Assembly: GCF_937128415.1 (NCBI RefSeq)
Contig: NZ_CAKZMJ010000068.1
Span: 133,308-197,307 of the forward strand
Length of the DNA: 64,000 bases
DNA from: an uncultured Caldilinea sp.
GTDB taxonomy: Bacteria > Chloroflexota > Anaerolineae > Caldilineales > Caldilineaceae
Reading direction: 5' to 3'
Within the stretch, counting starts at the first letter, position 1, and the number at the start of each line of letters is the position of its first letter. The position numbers and the translations under genes are program-made. Shown here in pieces: positions 29,239-47,742 of this stretch. The notes under the pieces are model-generated. The model saw nothing but the letters and a program-made list of their open reading frames with translations. It was not told where the DNA came from and did no database searches.

Positions 29239-30126
29239 CTATCCCATTTTCCGATAATTCCCCTTGCCTGGAATGACATGACGCACGCCGCCAGTTGGGT
29301 CCTCTGCATCGCCGGAGTAGCGCGGTATGAGGTGGATATGCACATGTGGCACTGTCTGTCCGGCAGTTGCGCCGACATTGATCCCCACATTGAAGCCATC
29401 AGGATGAAAACGTTCGATGAGTAACTGCTGCACTCTATCCGCCATGAGCCAACAGGCAGTTTTGACATGTGTCGAGAGGTCAAAGTAATTCGCGATGTGC
29501 TTCTTGGGTATGATCAGGGCGTGACCAGGTGACACAGGATACTTGTCGAAAATAGCAAAAGTGGTGGCTGACTCAGTTATCAGTTCTCTTTCTGCTTCGG
29601 GTGCGCAAAAGGGACAGGTCGCAGCGTCGGGATGTGGCATCCGGTTATAAGGGCGGTATTCATAGATTTCGCAGTGCTCGGTGCGCAGGATGCTCAAGTA
29701 AGGGAGTTTGACATTGCACTGATAGACGCTTACGCCATGCTTCACATGCGTACGGAAGCCGTCACGCTGAATGTCACGTCGCACGGCAAAATAAGCACGT
29801 CCTGTGGGGGCCAACAGTTCAGAAACAGCCATCAGGACATGGGCTTGTTCCTCTGGAAGTAGAACATTCAGGACATAGAGGCACAGAATGGTGTCGAATC
29901 GACCCTGTGGCAAGTCAGGAGCATAATGAGGGTCGTAGCCACTGACATCGACCCCTTTTTGGCGCAAGAAGGCCACATCTTGGCCCAATCCACTGCCGAA
30001 ATCAAGCACACGTCCACGAATCAGACCTGATCGCCACAAATACCGAACAGGGAAAGAGGCTTCCGAGCGTTCCTTGACCGTAAGATGGCTGTTCGGGTTT
30101 TGAGGCGAACGAAACACCAGGTTCAT
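29239..30126 (-). CDS. Fusion protein: class I SAM-dependent methyltransferase domain plus C-terminal HIT-family (histidine triad) domain
   Basis: Motif I VLDFGSGLGQD and acidic loop VSGYD (Rossmann MTase, no DPPY/NPPY). C-terminal HVHIHLIPR is the H-x-H-x-H-xx histidine triad. Start at 30126 chosen because it gives an ATGA overlap with the upstream HNH gene. The track ORF extends to 30141. Confidence 0.7.
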   Translation of the reverse strand: MNLVFRSPQNPNSHLTVKERSEASFPVRYLWRSGLIRGRVLDFGSGLGQDVAFLRQKGVDVSGYDPHYAPDLPQGRFDTILCLYVLNVLLPEEQAHVLMAVSELLAPTGRAYFAVRRDIQRDGFRTHVKHGVSVYQCNVKLPYLSILRTEHCEIYEYRPYNRMPHPDAATCPFCAPEAERELITESATTFAIFDKYPVSPGHALIIPKKHIANYFDLSTHVKTACWLMADRVQQLLIERFHPDGFNVGINVGATAGQTVPHVHIHLIPRYSGDAEDPTGGVRHVIPGKGNYRKMG

Positions 30127-31244
30127 GAGGCATATCTCCAACCGGTCGCAAAGCCCATGTTGGCGGCAATCTGGATTTGAGGGGCGATCGACTGATAAAG
30201 GATATTGCGGAAGGTGGAAAACGCCATCGTTTGAAGGTCGGCGATAGCGCTAACTTTGAATAACAAAACGTAATCTTCAAGCAGTCTAGTCGCTTGCGGC
30301 GTACGGACGACTACCCGAACAGCTTGATATTGCAATTCGGCAAATGGATCGAAATATAATCCGGCATCAGGCAAGTTGTCACTTTTGGATGAATTGACCG
30401 TCTTAGACGTGGGCAGAAGATTCCAGAGCAAATCATGCGCCACAAAACGCCAGGGCAAGAAGTGGTCGAGTGAGAAATCGCCCTTCTGCAAAGGCTGACC
30501 GGAGTAGATGCAGGTCACATGCGCCACTTGGTCCAGAACGATGTTCCAAAATGTGCGGGCCCGTCGCAAATCGCGTTCTTGTGGCTCAAACAATTTCCCG
30601 GCAATGTTGGGGACGTTGGGATTATTTTTCTGCAGATAGTTGACCAAATGCCACAGGCAGAAGCCTGCTAAAATCGTCAGGTGTTGTTGAAGATATGAAA
30701 ACCAATCTGGGTGAATCTCGATGCCTGGTTGGGGGAGGTTCACGAAACGGTACAGGCAGGGGGTTTGTGAATCGTGGAAGGCGTTCTCAGCCAGCGTTTT
30801 GATGCGACGATTGACTTCCCAATCTCTTGCGCCCCGGAGAGTTGAGGCAAAAAAAGGACGCAGAAAACGATAGGGGACGAAATTCGCCAAAGAAAGGATC
30901 TCCCGTCCGACATCATCCAATTGCGATAGATGCGCCAGCGCAGTTGTGATGACACGATTGCGAGGGATGTCCATCGGCAAGCCAGCCTGCTCCCCCAACC
31001 GTGCCGCTATACTCCCCAGACGATCCTGCTTGCCGAACGACAGGCGAAAGTAGTTGGTAGGGTGCCAGACGCTGGCAACCATCCGTGCCAGCAGTATATC
31101 GAGAGGGATGATACGCGTCTGCGTCTCACGCACCTGCTCTAGTATCGCCAGGAACCAGTAGAACTTATAGGAGTTAGTGACTTCATCGAAACTGGCTGCC
31201 AGCGCAGAGACGGGTAAGACGGATGACGAAGGCAGCGGAATCAT
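30123..31244 (-). CDS. HNH / His-Me finger nuclease-motif protein with an uncharacterised N-terminal domain
   Basis: C-terminal region CIYSGQPL...DHFLPWRF...WNLLPTSKTVNSSKSDN matches the HNH pattern C-x-Y-x-G...DH-x-x-P...N-L...N-S-x-K (compare McrA or the DUF1524 nucleases of GmrSD/SspE). The N-terminal ~250 aa (SYKFYWFLAILE...) have no motif I can name. Confidence 0.7.
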   Translation of the reverse strand: MIPLPSSSVLPVSALAASFDEVTNSYKFYWFLAILEQVRETQTRIIPLDILLARMVASVWHPTNYFRLSFGKQDRLGSIAARLGEQAGLPMDIPRNRVITTALAHLSQLDDVGREILSLANFVPYRFLRPFFASTLRGARDWEVNRRIKTLAENAFHDSQTPCLYRFVNLPQPGIEIHPDWFSYLQQHLTILAGFCLWHLVNYLQKNNPNVPNIAGKLFEPQERDLRRARTFWNIVLDQVAHVTCIYSGQPLQKGDFSLDHFLPWRFVAHDLLWNLLPTSKTVNSSKSDNLPDAGLYFDPFAELQYQAVRVVVRTPQATRLLEDYVLLFKVSAIADLQTMAFSTFRNILYQSIAPQIQIAANMGFATGWRYAS

Positions 31245-31487
31245 GGCACGTCACCCCCAAAACACCGGATCGTCACGCAATTCCGGCATATTCTCCCGCA
31301 CCCATTGTAGACAGCGCAGATCGCTCACCAATCGACCGATATCGTCGTGAAACTGACCGGACACATTTAGACGGCTTCAATGTTTTCGCAGCGATTTAGT
31401 GGCGAGCATTGTACCCAGATAACAAAAAACACAAAAGTCAGCCGAGGGTGTATGGTCAGCCAGCAGCGGACCTGCGAGGGTTTGACG

Positions 31488-31506
31488 TTACGGAGACTTT
31501 AACGTG
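31488..31506. repeat. Right copy of the ~18-bp direct repeat (overlaps the last codons and stop of the SPFH gene)
   Basis: ttacggagactttaacgtg. On the minus strand it encodes ...TLKSP*. Confidence 0.4.
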
Positions 31507-32513
31507 CGCATCACTTCTTCCGTCAACGGCAGATCGTGCATTGCGCTCAGGTCGAGCGGAGACGGAGTCGATTTCGGTTGACCGGTCTCATCCGATGACA
31601 TTTTATGCGTCTTGTCGGGCTCTCTTTGCGTTGGGGCGTCGGGAACTCGCTGGCGAACGCCAGGCTTTCCATCTTGGATATGCATTTCGGGCTGTACGAA
31701 GCCGCTGGCAAAGATCGCGCGCAGATCTGCTGACGGGTTCTGAATCACGTTGAGCAGTTGAACGAGACCCGCCTCGGACATATTGGTGGCGTTGCGCACC
31801 CTTGCGATGAAGTCCGACATGGCGGTGCTGTTGAAGTCGCTGGCGATCAAGTCCATGTAGGCTTCGACGATCACATCGGGCAGTTGCAGTCCGTAAATCA
31901 CAAAGGGCGCGTTCGTCGCAAGCATGACGCCATGCTCCGCCAACATCGTACGCGCCCTTTCCTCAACACGCCGTTTCAGTTCGATTCCCTGTCGACCGAC
32001 GAAGGGGCTGAACAACCCTGCAACGTCTACACGGCTCGGCGTAGTTCCCTTGTCGGCGCCTCCACCCCCTTGTGGATTCTGCGGCGCAGATTTTTGCGCC
32101 GATTGCTCCGCCGAAGGGGCGAGCTCTGCAATGACCTCTTGAAAAATTTGTTTAAAAATATTGACCTGTTGTTCTCGGCGTTCATCCTCAAGGTAGTACA
32201 GCTCATCGCGGTGCATTCGCCTCGGATCGAGCCGGTAAGTGTACCGCAAATTGACGACGACCGGCAGCCCGCCGTGGGTGAACACGTTGGGCACGGCAAG
32301 CTTTCCTTCACTCTGCCGCACTTTGATCTGCGCCTTTTCCTCCTCAAATGGCATCAACAGATGAGGCCCCGGTTCGAGGATGCGTGCATAACGGTCCATC
32401 CAGTTTGTGATTGCGACATAGCCTTCGGGCACGGTTTTAAAGCTTTTCATCAACCAGACGACGACAAGCAGCACGATTATGAGCAACAGGATCAGGGTGA
32501 TAATTTCCGTCAT
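31488..32513 (-). CDS. SPFH / Band-7 (stomatin-prohibitin-flotillin-HflK/C) domain membrane protein
   Basis: N-terminal TM helix IITLILLLIIVLLVVVWL, then KTVPEGYVAITNWMDRYARILEPGPHLLMPFEE (canonical start of an SPFH domain), then a coiled-coil / low-complexity tail. Start at 32513 with AGAGGAGAT RBS. The track ORF extends to 32576. Confidence 0.75.
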   Translation of the reverse strand: MTEIITLILLLIIVLLVVVWLMKSFKTVPEGYVAITNWMDRYARILEPGPHLLMPFEEEKAQIKVRQSEGKLAVPNVFTHGGLPVVVNLRYTYRLDPRRMHRDELYYLEDERREQQVNIFKQIFQEVIAELAPSAEQSAQKSAPQNPQGGGGADKGTTPSRVDVAGLFSPFVGRQGIELKRRVEERARTMLAEHGVMLATNAPFVIYGLQLPDVIVEAYMDLIASDFNSTAMSDFIARVRNATNMSEAGLVQLLNVIQNPSADLRAIFASGFVQPEMHIQDGKPGVRQRVPDAPTQREPDKTHKMSSDETGQPKSTPSPLDLSAMHDLPLTEEVMRTLKSP

Positions 32514-32550
32514 GATTATCTCCTCTTTTGCAAATAAAGGCTGCACGCCT

Positions 32551-33555
32551 CTACCCCATCTCGATCCCCTTGACAAACTCCTGAAACACCTCGGAGAAAA
32601 GTTCTCCCCCTGAGCCGGGTCGCACCAATCCCCTTCTTTGCAGAAATTCCACCATGCTCAGGTCGAGCGAGGCGCCTCGCACCAGGCGAGACAATGCGAA
32701 CTGTTCCTCGGTGTGCAGATGCTCCCAGATATGTTTGCACGCCGCTGCAACCTCAGGATCGGTTTCGGCGAGCCTGAGGATCTTGAGAACTGAAACGTTG
32801 CTGAAGTGCGGATGCATCGCCATGAACATGGATTTGAGAAGGCCGCTATGCCCTCCGCTGAGTTTGTACAGCCGATCTTTTTCAAGGTCCGAAAGCGTCA
32901 CACGCCTCTTTGTGCATAGGGCATCGATCATGGCGTATGCATCTTCTTTCGTGTAAGGCCCAAGCGCATAGATGTCGTTGCGCACGATTTCAAACAGGCG
33001 GCTTTTGGCGAAAGGCTGTCGCCCCACGATCACCTGCGGCATGCGATGCATGACCAGCACATAGGCCAGATTGCCGGTGGTGCGATGGTCATCGCGCAGG
33101 ACGCGCAGTGCCTCGAAAAGCGTGGGCGGCTGCGCTCGGATCAGCTGCTCAAATTCGTCGAGGATGAAGACGATGCGTTGATTCCGGCGTTTACAGTGCA
33201 GATCGAGTGTATTGCGCAGCGCATCGAACTCAACGCCGCCTCGGCTGTCGAGATGGGGAAGGTCCAGGCTGCGCGCAAGTGCAGATAATAAGGAGCGATA
33301 GACGCTCTCCGGAGAATCTGTATCTTTTTCACACGGAACGCGAACGATGTGTGTCCTTTTGTCGATGAATTCGGAATAGAGAACCTGAACCTCTGGATGC
33401 TCCAGAAAAGTGAGCAGGTTGGACTTGCCCACGCCGGCAAGCCCCACCAGGCACATCGAGCGGCCTTCCTGGGTCACCCGAAACACCTGCTGCACAATTT
33501 CTTGCCGATAGGTGGGCGGATAACGCTCATGAATTAGAGTCATAGCTCTCTTCAT
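32551..33555 (-). CDS. Small P-loop NTPase (AAA / ORC-Cdc6-like ATPase domain)
   Basis: Walker A GLAGVGKSNL, Walker B IVFILDEFEQL, 334 aa. An alternative start at 33543 (MTLIHERY) has a better RBS (GAAGAGAG). Confidence 0.7.
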   Translation of the reverse strand: MKRAMTLIHERYPPTYRQEIVQQVFRVTQEGRSMCLVGLAGVGKSNLLTFLEHPEVQVLYSEFIDKRTHIVRVPCEKDTDSPESVYRSLLSALARSLDLPHLDSRGGVEFDALRNTLDLHCKRRNQRIVFILDEFEQLIRAQPPTLFEALRVLRDDHRTTGNLAYVLVMHRMPQVIVGRQPFAKSRLFEIVRNDIYALGPYTKEDAYAMIDALCTKRRVTLSDLEKDRLYKLSGGHSGLLKSMFMAMHPHFSNVSVLKILRLAETDPEVAAACKHIWEHLHTEEQFALSRLVRGASLDLSMVEFLQRRGLVRPGSGGELFSEVFQEFVKGIEMG

Positions 33556-33561
33556 CCATTT

Positions 33562-35172
33562 TCAGCGTCGTCCGGCTGGCTGGACGGCGTCGATCTGCGC
33601 CGAGAGCGCCGATGCATACAGCCATGCGCGCTCGCGTTGGATCATCTGCTCCTGCAAACCGCGCGCACGCGGTCGCATCCCGGCGACGAACAGGGCGTCA
33701 CAGAGCAATCCCCACAGATAATCGGGCAGTTGGTTCTGACGATTCGTTGTTTCAAAGGCCAGTTTGCGCAGTGCGCGCACGAACTTTAGCGCTTTATCCG
33801 CTTCCCAGCTCAACCCCGGCGGCTCATCGGCGGCGTCGAAATCTATCAGGGATTGCGTCAGCGTCAAAAAATCTTGAGAGGAAACGGTGGATGGCAGCAG
33901 CCGCGTCACCACATCGATCTCCAGCTCGCAAAAGTCAGCATATGCGGGGCCCGGGCCGGTGCGCTCAAAATCAATGAGCCAGAGATGATCGCCGTCCGTA
34001 AACAGATTGTCGGCGTGAAAATCGCCATGAACAATCCACCGCGCTCCCCTCCAGTTGGACAATTCATTCATCCTGTCATGGATTCTTTGCAAAAGCTGGG
34101 GTGGCTCAGCCGACAAGCCCACCGGATGCTCGCGTAGCCTGGCAAGCTGCTTGTTTAGCCCGAGAAGTTTGTCATACGCTTCAAAAATCGTGCAAGTGGT
34201 CGTTGTAAATCTTGGAAAAGCCTGTCTCCACAGGTCTCGCCAAAAACGAATCGGCTTCAGCAGGCGATCGATGTCTTGCTCGGCGGCGTAAAAGCTCCGA
34301 AATGCCTGCAGATGTTTCACATCGCCTTCGCCAAGAAAACTGTAGACGGAAGCACCCGCATCCCAAAAGAAGGCGGTCGTCTCAAGCCGAGTATGGAACT
34401 GCCCTAGCGCACGAGAGGCGATGTATTTCTTGTAATTCTTTGATTCATGCGCAACGCGATGGGCTTTGGCAATTTTCACCACTTTCTGGGCTTTTCCCTG
34501 ATGAATGCGTGCTCGCAGCACCAGAGAACGCCCTCGCGACGCCGGCATGGCCGATGAAGTCAGCTTCCCTTCGATCGGGTACACCCACACGCGACGCCTG
34601 TCTTCAAAAAGCTGTGCGATCAGATCATCGAGCAAGGAAGTCGGCGCCCATCGCCGGAAAAGTCGGCGCACTGTCCGCTCCCGGCTCCATAGCTTGGGCT
34701 GCCAAAACACCTGGAGACGTCTTCTTGCCGCGCAGGACTGGGTCGCTAACTTTTCCACTTCGTTTCTAAGCACATCCGGCGAGTCATCTTTATTCACCCA
34801 CCTGGCGCCGCACTCAGCGATAGCGCGATCTACAGTCGGATTGAGGTAGCCGGAATAAACGATCAGTCCGACGTTTTTCCCCAGGCTGCGCAGCCGACGC
34901 AGCAGCTCCAGCCCTGAAATATCGCTCGTGTCATGGTCGTCGTCGAGGCGCAGATCGACGATGATGACGTGCGGCCGCGTCTTTTGGGCAAGGCGCAGCG
35001 CGTCTTTGCGCAATGCATCGCCGGCGCCCTCGGCGACGACCACGCTATATCCTTCAGCCTCGAAAGCGCGGAGCAAATCGCGACGCGTCTGCCCTCGATT
35101 GTCTACAATTAAAAGGCGCGCCTGTGAGAAAGAGGTTTCGAGGGTTTTTCCATGGCTTGCAACTTCAGGCAT
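33562..35172 (-). CDS. Response-regulator receiver (REC) domain fused to a protein-kinase-like / aminoglycoside-phosphotransferase-like (APH/ChoK fold) domain
   Basis: N-terminal LLIVDN...VIIVDLRLDDD...GLEL...VGLIVYSG follows the REC pattern, including the phospho-acceptor Asp. The C-terminal half has HGDFHADNLF and LIDFER, the Brenner motif and DFG-equivalent of APH/CotS/choline-kinase-type kinases. Start at 35172 with strong AAGGAGGAT RBS. The track ORF starts at a TTG at 35208. Confidence 0.7.
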   Translation of the reverse strand: MPEVASHGKTLETSFSQARLLIVDNRGQTRRDLLRAFEAEGYSVVVAEGAGDALRKDALRLAQKTRPHVIIVDLRLDDDHDTSDISGLELLRRLRSLGKNVGLIVYSGYLNPTVDRAIAECGARWVNKDDSPDVLRNEVEKLATQSCAARRRLQVFWQPKLWSRERTVRRLFRRWAPTSLLDDLIAQLFEDRRRVWVYPIEGKLTSSAMPASRGRSLVLRARIHQGKAQKVVKIAKAHRVAHESKNYKKYIASRALGQFHTRLETTAFFWDAGASVYSFLGEGDVKHLQAFRSFYAAEQDIDRLLKPIRFWRDLWRQAFPRFTTTTCTIFEAYDKLLGLNKQLARLREHPVGLSAEPPQLLQRIHDRMNELSNWRGARWIVHGDFHADNLFTDGDHLWLIDFERTGPGPAYADFCELEIDVVTRLLPSTVSSQDFLTLTQSLIDFDAADEPPGLSWEADKALKFVRALRKLAFETTNRQNQLPDYLWGLLCDALFVAGMRPRARGLQEQMIQRERAWLYASALSAQIDAVQPAGRR

Positions 35173-35229
35173 TGGATCCTCCTTCTCAGACAGCGACCAG
35201 GGGTTCAATTCAACGCTCTTTCCAGGCGG

Positions 35230-38604
<3,375 letters not shown>

Positions 38605-38608
38605 CAAC

Positions 38609-39049
38609 TCACCCTCGCGTGAGCGCGCAGACCTTCTCGATCACCTCTTCGATATCAAAAGGTTTCTCAAAAACCGCCTGGGCCTCATAGTGCTCGTCAG
38701 GATCGGCGGTTGCGGAAAGCATCACCACTGGCGCCGTGCGCGGTGTGCCCGAACCGTTGACGCCTTCATATTCGCCGCGGCGCAGCTTGATCAAAAATTC
38801 CTTGCCGGTCTCCTGCCAGTTGACGCCGGAATAGTGCACGTTGCGCACGACGCTTCTATCATCCACCCCTGGACTCTGAGGATGGATCATTATGTCCACA
38901 ATCAACAGGTCGAAGCGCTCCTGGCCCAGCCGTCTGGGGATCTCCTGCGCAGCGGAGAGCACCACCTCATATCCCTGCTCCTCCAGCGCCTCCGCCAGCG
39001 GCTTCATGCTTTCGTAGTCGTCGTCGAACAGTAAAATTCGCTTCTGCAT
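38609..39049 (-). CDS. Stand-alone response-regulator receiver (CheY-like)
   Basis: ILLFDDD...DLLIVDIM...VVMLSA. Start at internal ATG (MQKRILLF). The track ORF starts at a GTG at 39088. My hand count of this region disagreed by 1 nt, so coordinates are uncertain by about 1. Confidence 0.75.
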   Translation of the reverse strand: MQKRILLFDDDYESMKPLAEALEEQGYEVVLSAAQEIPRRLGQERFDLLIVDIMIHPQSPGVDDRSVVRNVHYSGVNWQETGKEFLIKLRRGEYEGVNGSGTPRTAPVVMLSATADPDEHYEAQAVFEKPFDIEEVIEKVCALTRG

Positions 39050-39084
39050 CGCCTTCCTCGCAGCAAACGCCTCTCCCCTCGCTT

Positions 39085-40998
<1,914 letters not shown>

Positions 40999-41220
40999 GC
41001 ATGCTCCTCACCCGATTCCACGGGCAACCGCTTCAGGCGCGTCGGGTGTACGCCATCCACATTCGATCAGAAAGGGCAGTTTTTTGTAGTGTAAAACGAA
41101 ATGTCCGGCAAGTCAATCACTTTTTATGTAAGCTTATTGCAAGGTTCGCCGAGGAATCGGGCGATGCACGTCCTCCGCTCCCTCTGAATCCGTTTCCGAA
41201 TCCGTCGCCGCCTCCTTGGA

Positions 41221-41249
41221 TTGACGCCGATCCGGCCCTGCTCTATACT
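41221..41249 (+). promoter_or_regulatory. Sigma70-like promoter (TTGACG-N17-TATACT)
   Basis: ttgacgccgatccggccctgctctatact lies upstream of ATG 41284. It supports the internal start rather than the TTG at 41221. Confidence 0.45.
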
Positions 41250-41283
41250 ATCTGCACAAACTTTCAGAACAGCGAGAACAGGC

Positions 41284-41874
<591 letters not shown>

Positions 41875-41885
41875 CCGAGAAGCCT

Positions 41886-42419
41886 ATGACGCCGACATCA
41901 GAACTCGCCACCTACCGCCGCATGTTTGACGCGATGGTGAATGACATCGAGCTGCTGCTCGAGGACTTGCCGGCCGAGGCGCTGCTCTGGAAGCCTTTCG
42001 AGCATAGCCCCTGGCGCGGCCCTGCAGGCAGCCTGGGCTGGCTGATCGCTCACGCCATCTCCTCAACCTACTACCTGCTGCGCCGCGCCGAGTGGATGAT
42101 GGGACGCCTGGACTGGAGCGCCGTGGACGGCGACGAAGGCGGCGAGGAGTTCGGCCCGGCGAACCATGACCCCGCCTATTTGCTTGCCCGCGCCCGACGC
42201 ATGCAGCTCTATGTTCATCAATTTCTCGACGGTCTCTCTCCGCAAGACCTGGAGGCGAGCCGCCCCCACCCGCTCGAGCCGGGACGCGTTCTGACCGCCC
42301 GTTACGACATCCAGCACGCCTTCGAGCACATGAGCAGGCATATCGGCCACGCCGAGCTGACGAGGCAGCTGTGGGCGCTGAAGGCGGCGCCTCCCGAAAA
42401 CGATTCCTCTCTACAATAA
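41886..42419 (+). CDS. DinB/YfiT-like (DinB_2 superfamily) four-helix-bundle protein
   Basis: Size (177 aa) and a conserved His pattern (H..EH...H.GH). A tentative call from memory. Confidence 0.5.
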   Translation: MTPTSELATYRRMFDAMVNDIELLLEDLPAEALLWKPFEHSPWRGPAGSLGWLIAHAISSTYYLLRRAEWMMGRLDWSAVDGDEGGEEFGPANHDPAYLLARARRMQLYVHQFLDGLSPQDLEASRPHPLEPGRVLTARYDIQHAFEHMSRHIGHAELTRQLWALKAAPPENDSSLQ

Positions 42420-42671
42420 TGGCCCATTTTGCGCTGCAACACCTTCAGTGCTATAGTTATTGGCTCAACGCGGTGAATGTTCTGTTCAACATGTTCCGCA
42501 CTCTATCCTTCAAAGCAGAAGGTTTCTCGTCGCCGACGACAGATTTTGGGACAGGACGCCCACTCCTGAACCAGAAATTGCGTCAAGAGGCGCCATCGAT
42601 GCATGAGCGCCGATGCACACGAAACAATTAGCAAGAACGCAAGCGAATTGTCGACGATGAGAGGAACGACT

Positions 42672-47327
<4,656 letters not shown>

Positions 47328-47469
47328 AGGCGACCGAGTTCAAGATGACGAGACCAGACGTAAAGAAGAAGCATTCTTGCAGGTTGGATGGACGAAACGC
47401 CGACATAGCATTCGGTTCACAACGATGCTGTTGAACGATGCTGTTGAAAGAGAAAAATAAGGAGGCTCT

Positions 47470-47742
47470 ATGGATCTGCAGAGTCTGATCGCTGACATAC
47501 ATGCACTGGAACAACAACTGCTAGAATTCGAGAGAAAATACGGCGTGCGTTCAGAAACCATGTACGCAGCCTACGTGGCTGGCGAAGAGCCAGAGGATGA
47601 TGCCTGGGTGTTAGACTTTGGTGAATGGGCCAGCGTGTATAAGCTCTGGCTACGTCGCCAAGCCGAGTACCGAAATGAGATCCAACGAAAGCAACAGTCG
47701 CACAATAGTTTGCATGGACTTATACACGTAGCCCCCGCATGA
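47470..47742 (+). CDS. Small protein, first gene of a two-gene AT-rich module (putative antitoxin-like partner)
   Basis: AAGGAGG RBS. 90 aa, acidic, helical. ATGA overlap with the downstream gene. Local GC is much lower than the flanking gltB and leuC genes. Confidence 0.5.
   Translation: MDLQSLIADIHALEQQLLEFERKYGVRSETMYAAYVAGEEPEDDAWVLDFGEWASVYKLWLRRQAEYRNEIQRKQQSHNSLHGLIHVAPA

Noticed and set aside
35173-35208. TTG-initiated 12-codon extension of the REC-kinase ORF, and similarly TTG at 41221 and GTG at 39088
   Set aside because: Internal ATGs with strong Shine-Dalgarno sequences (35172, 41284, 39049) are better supported. The TTG at 41221 is in fact the -35 hexamer of a promoter.
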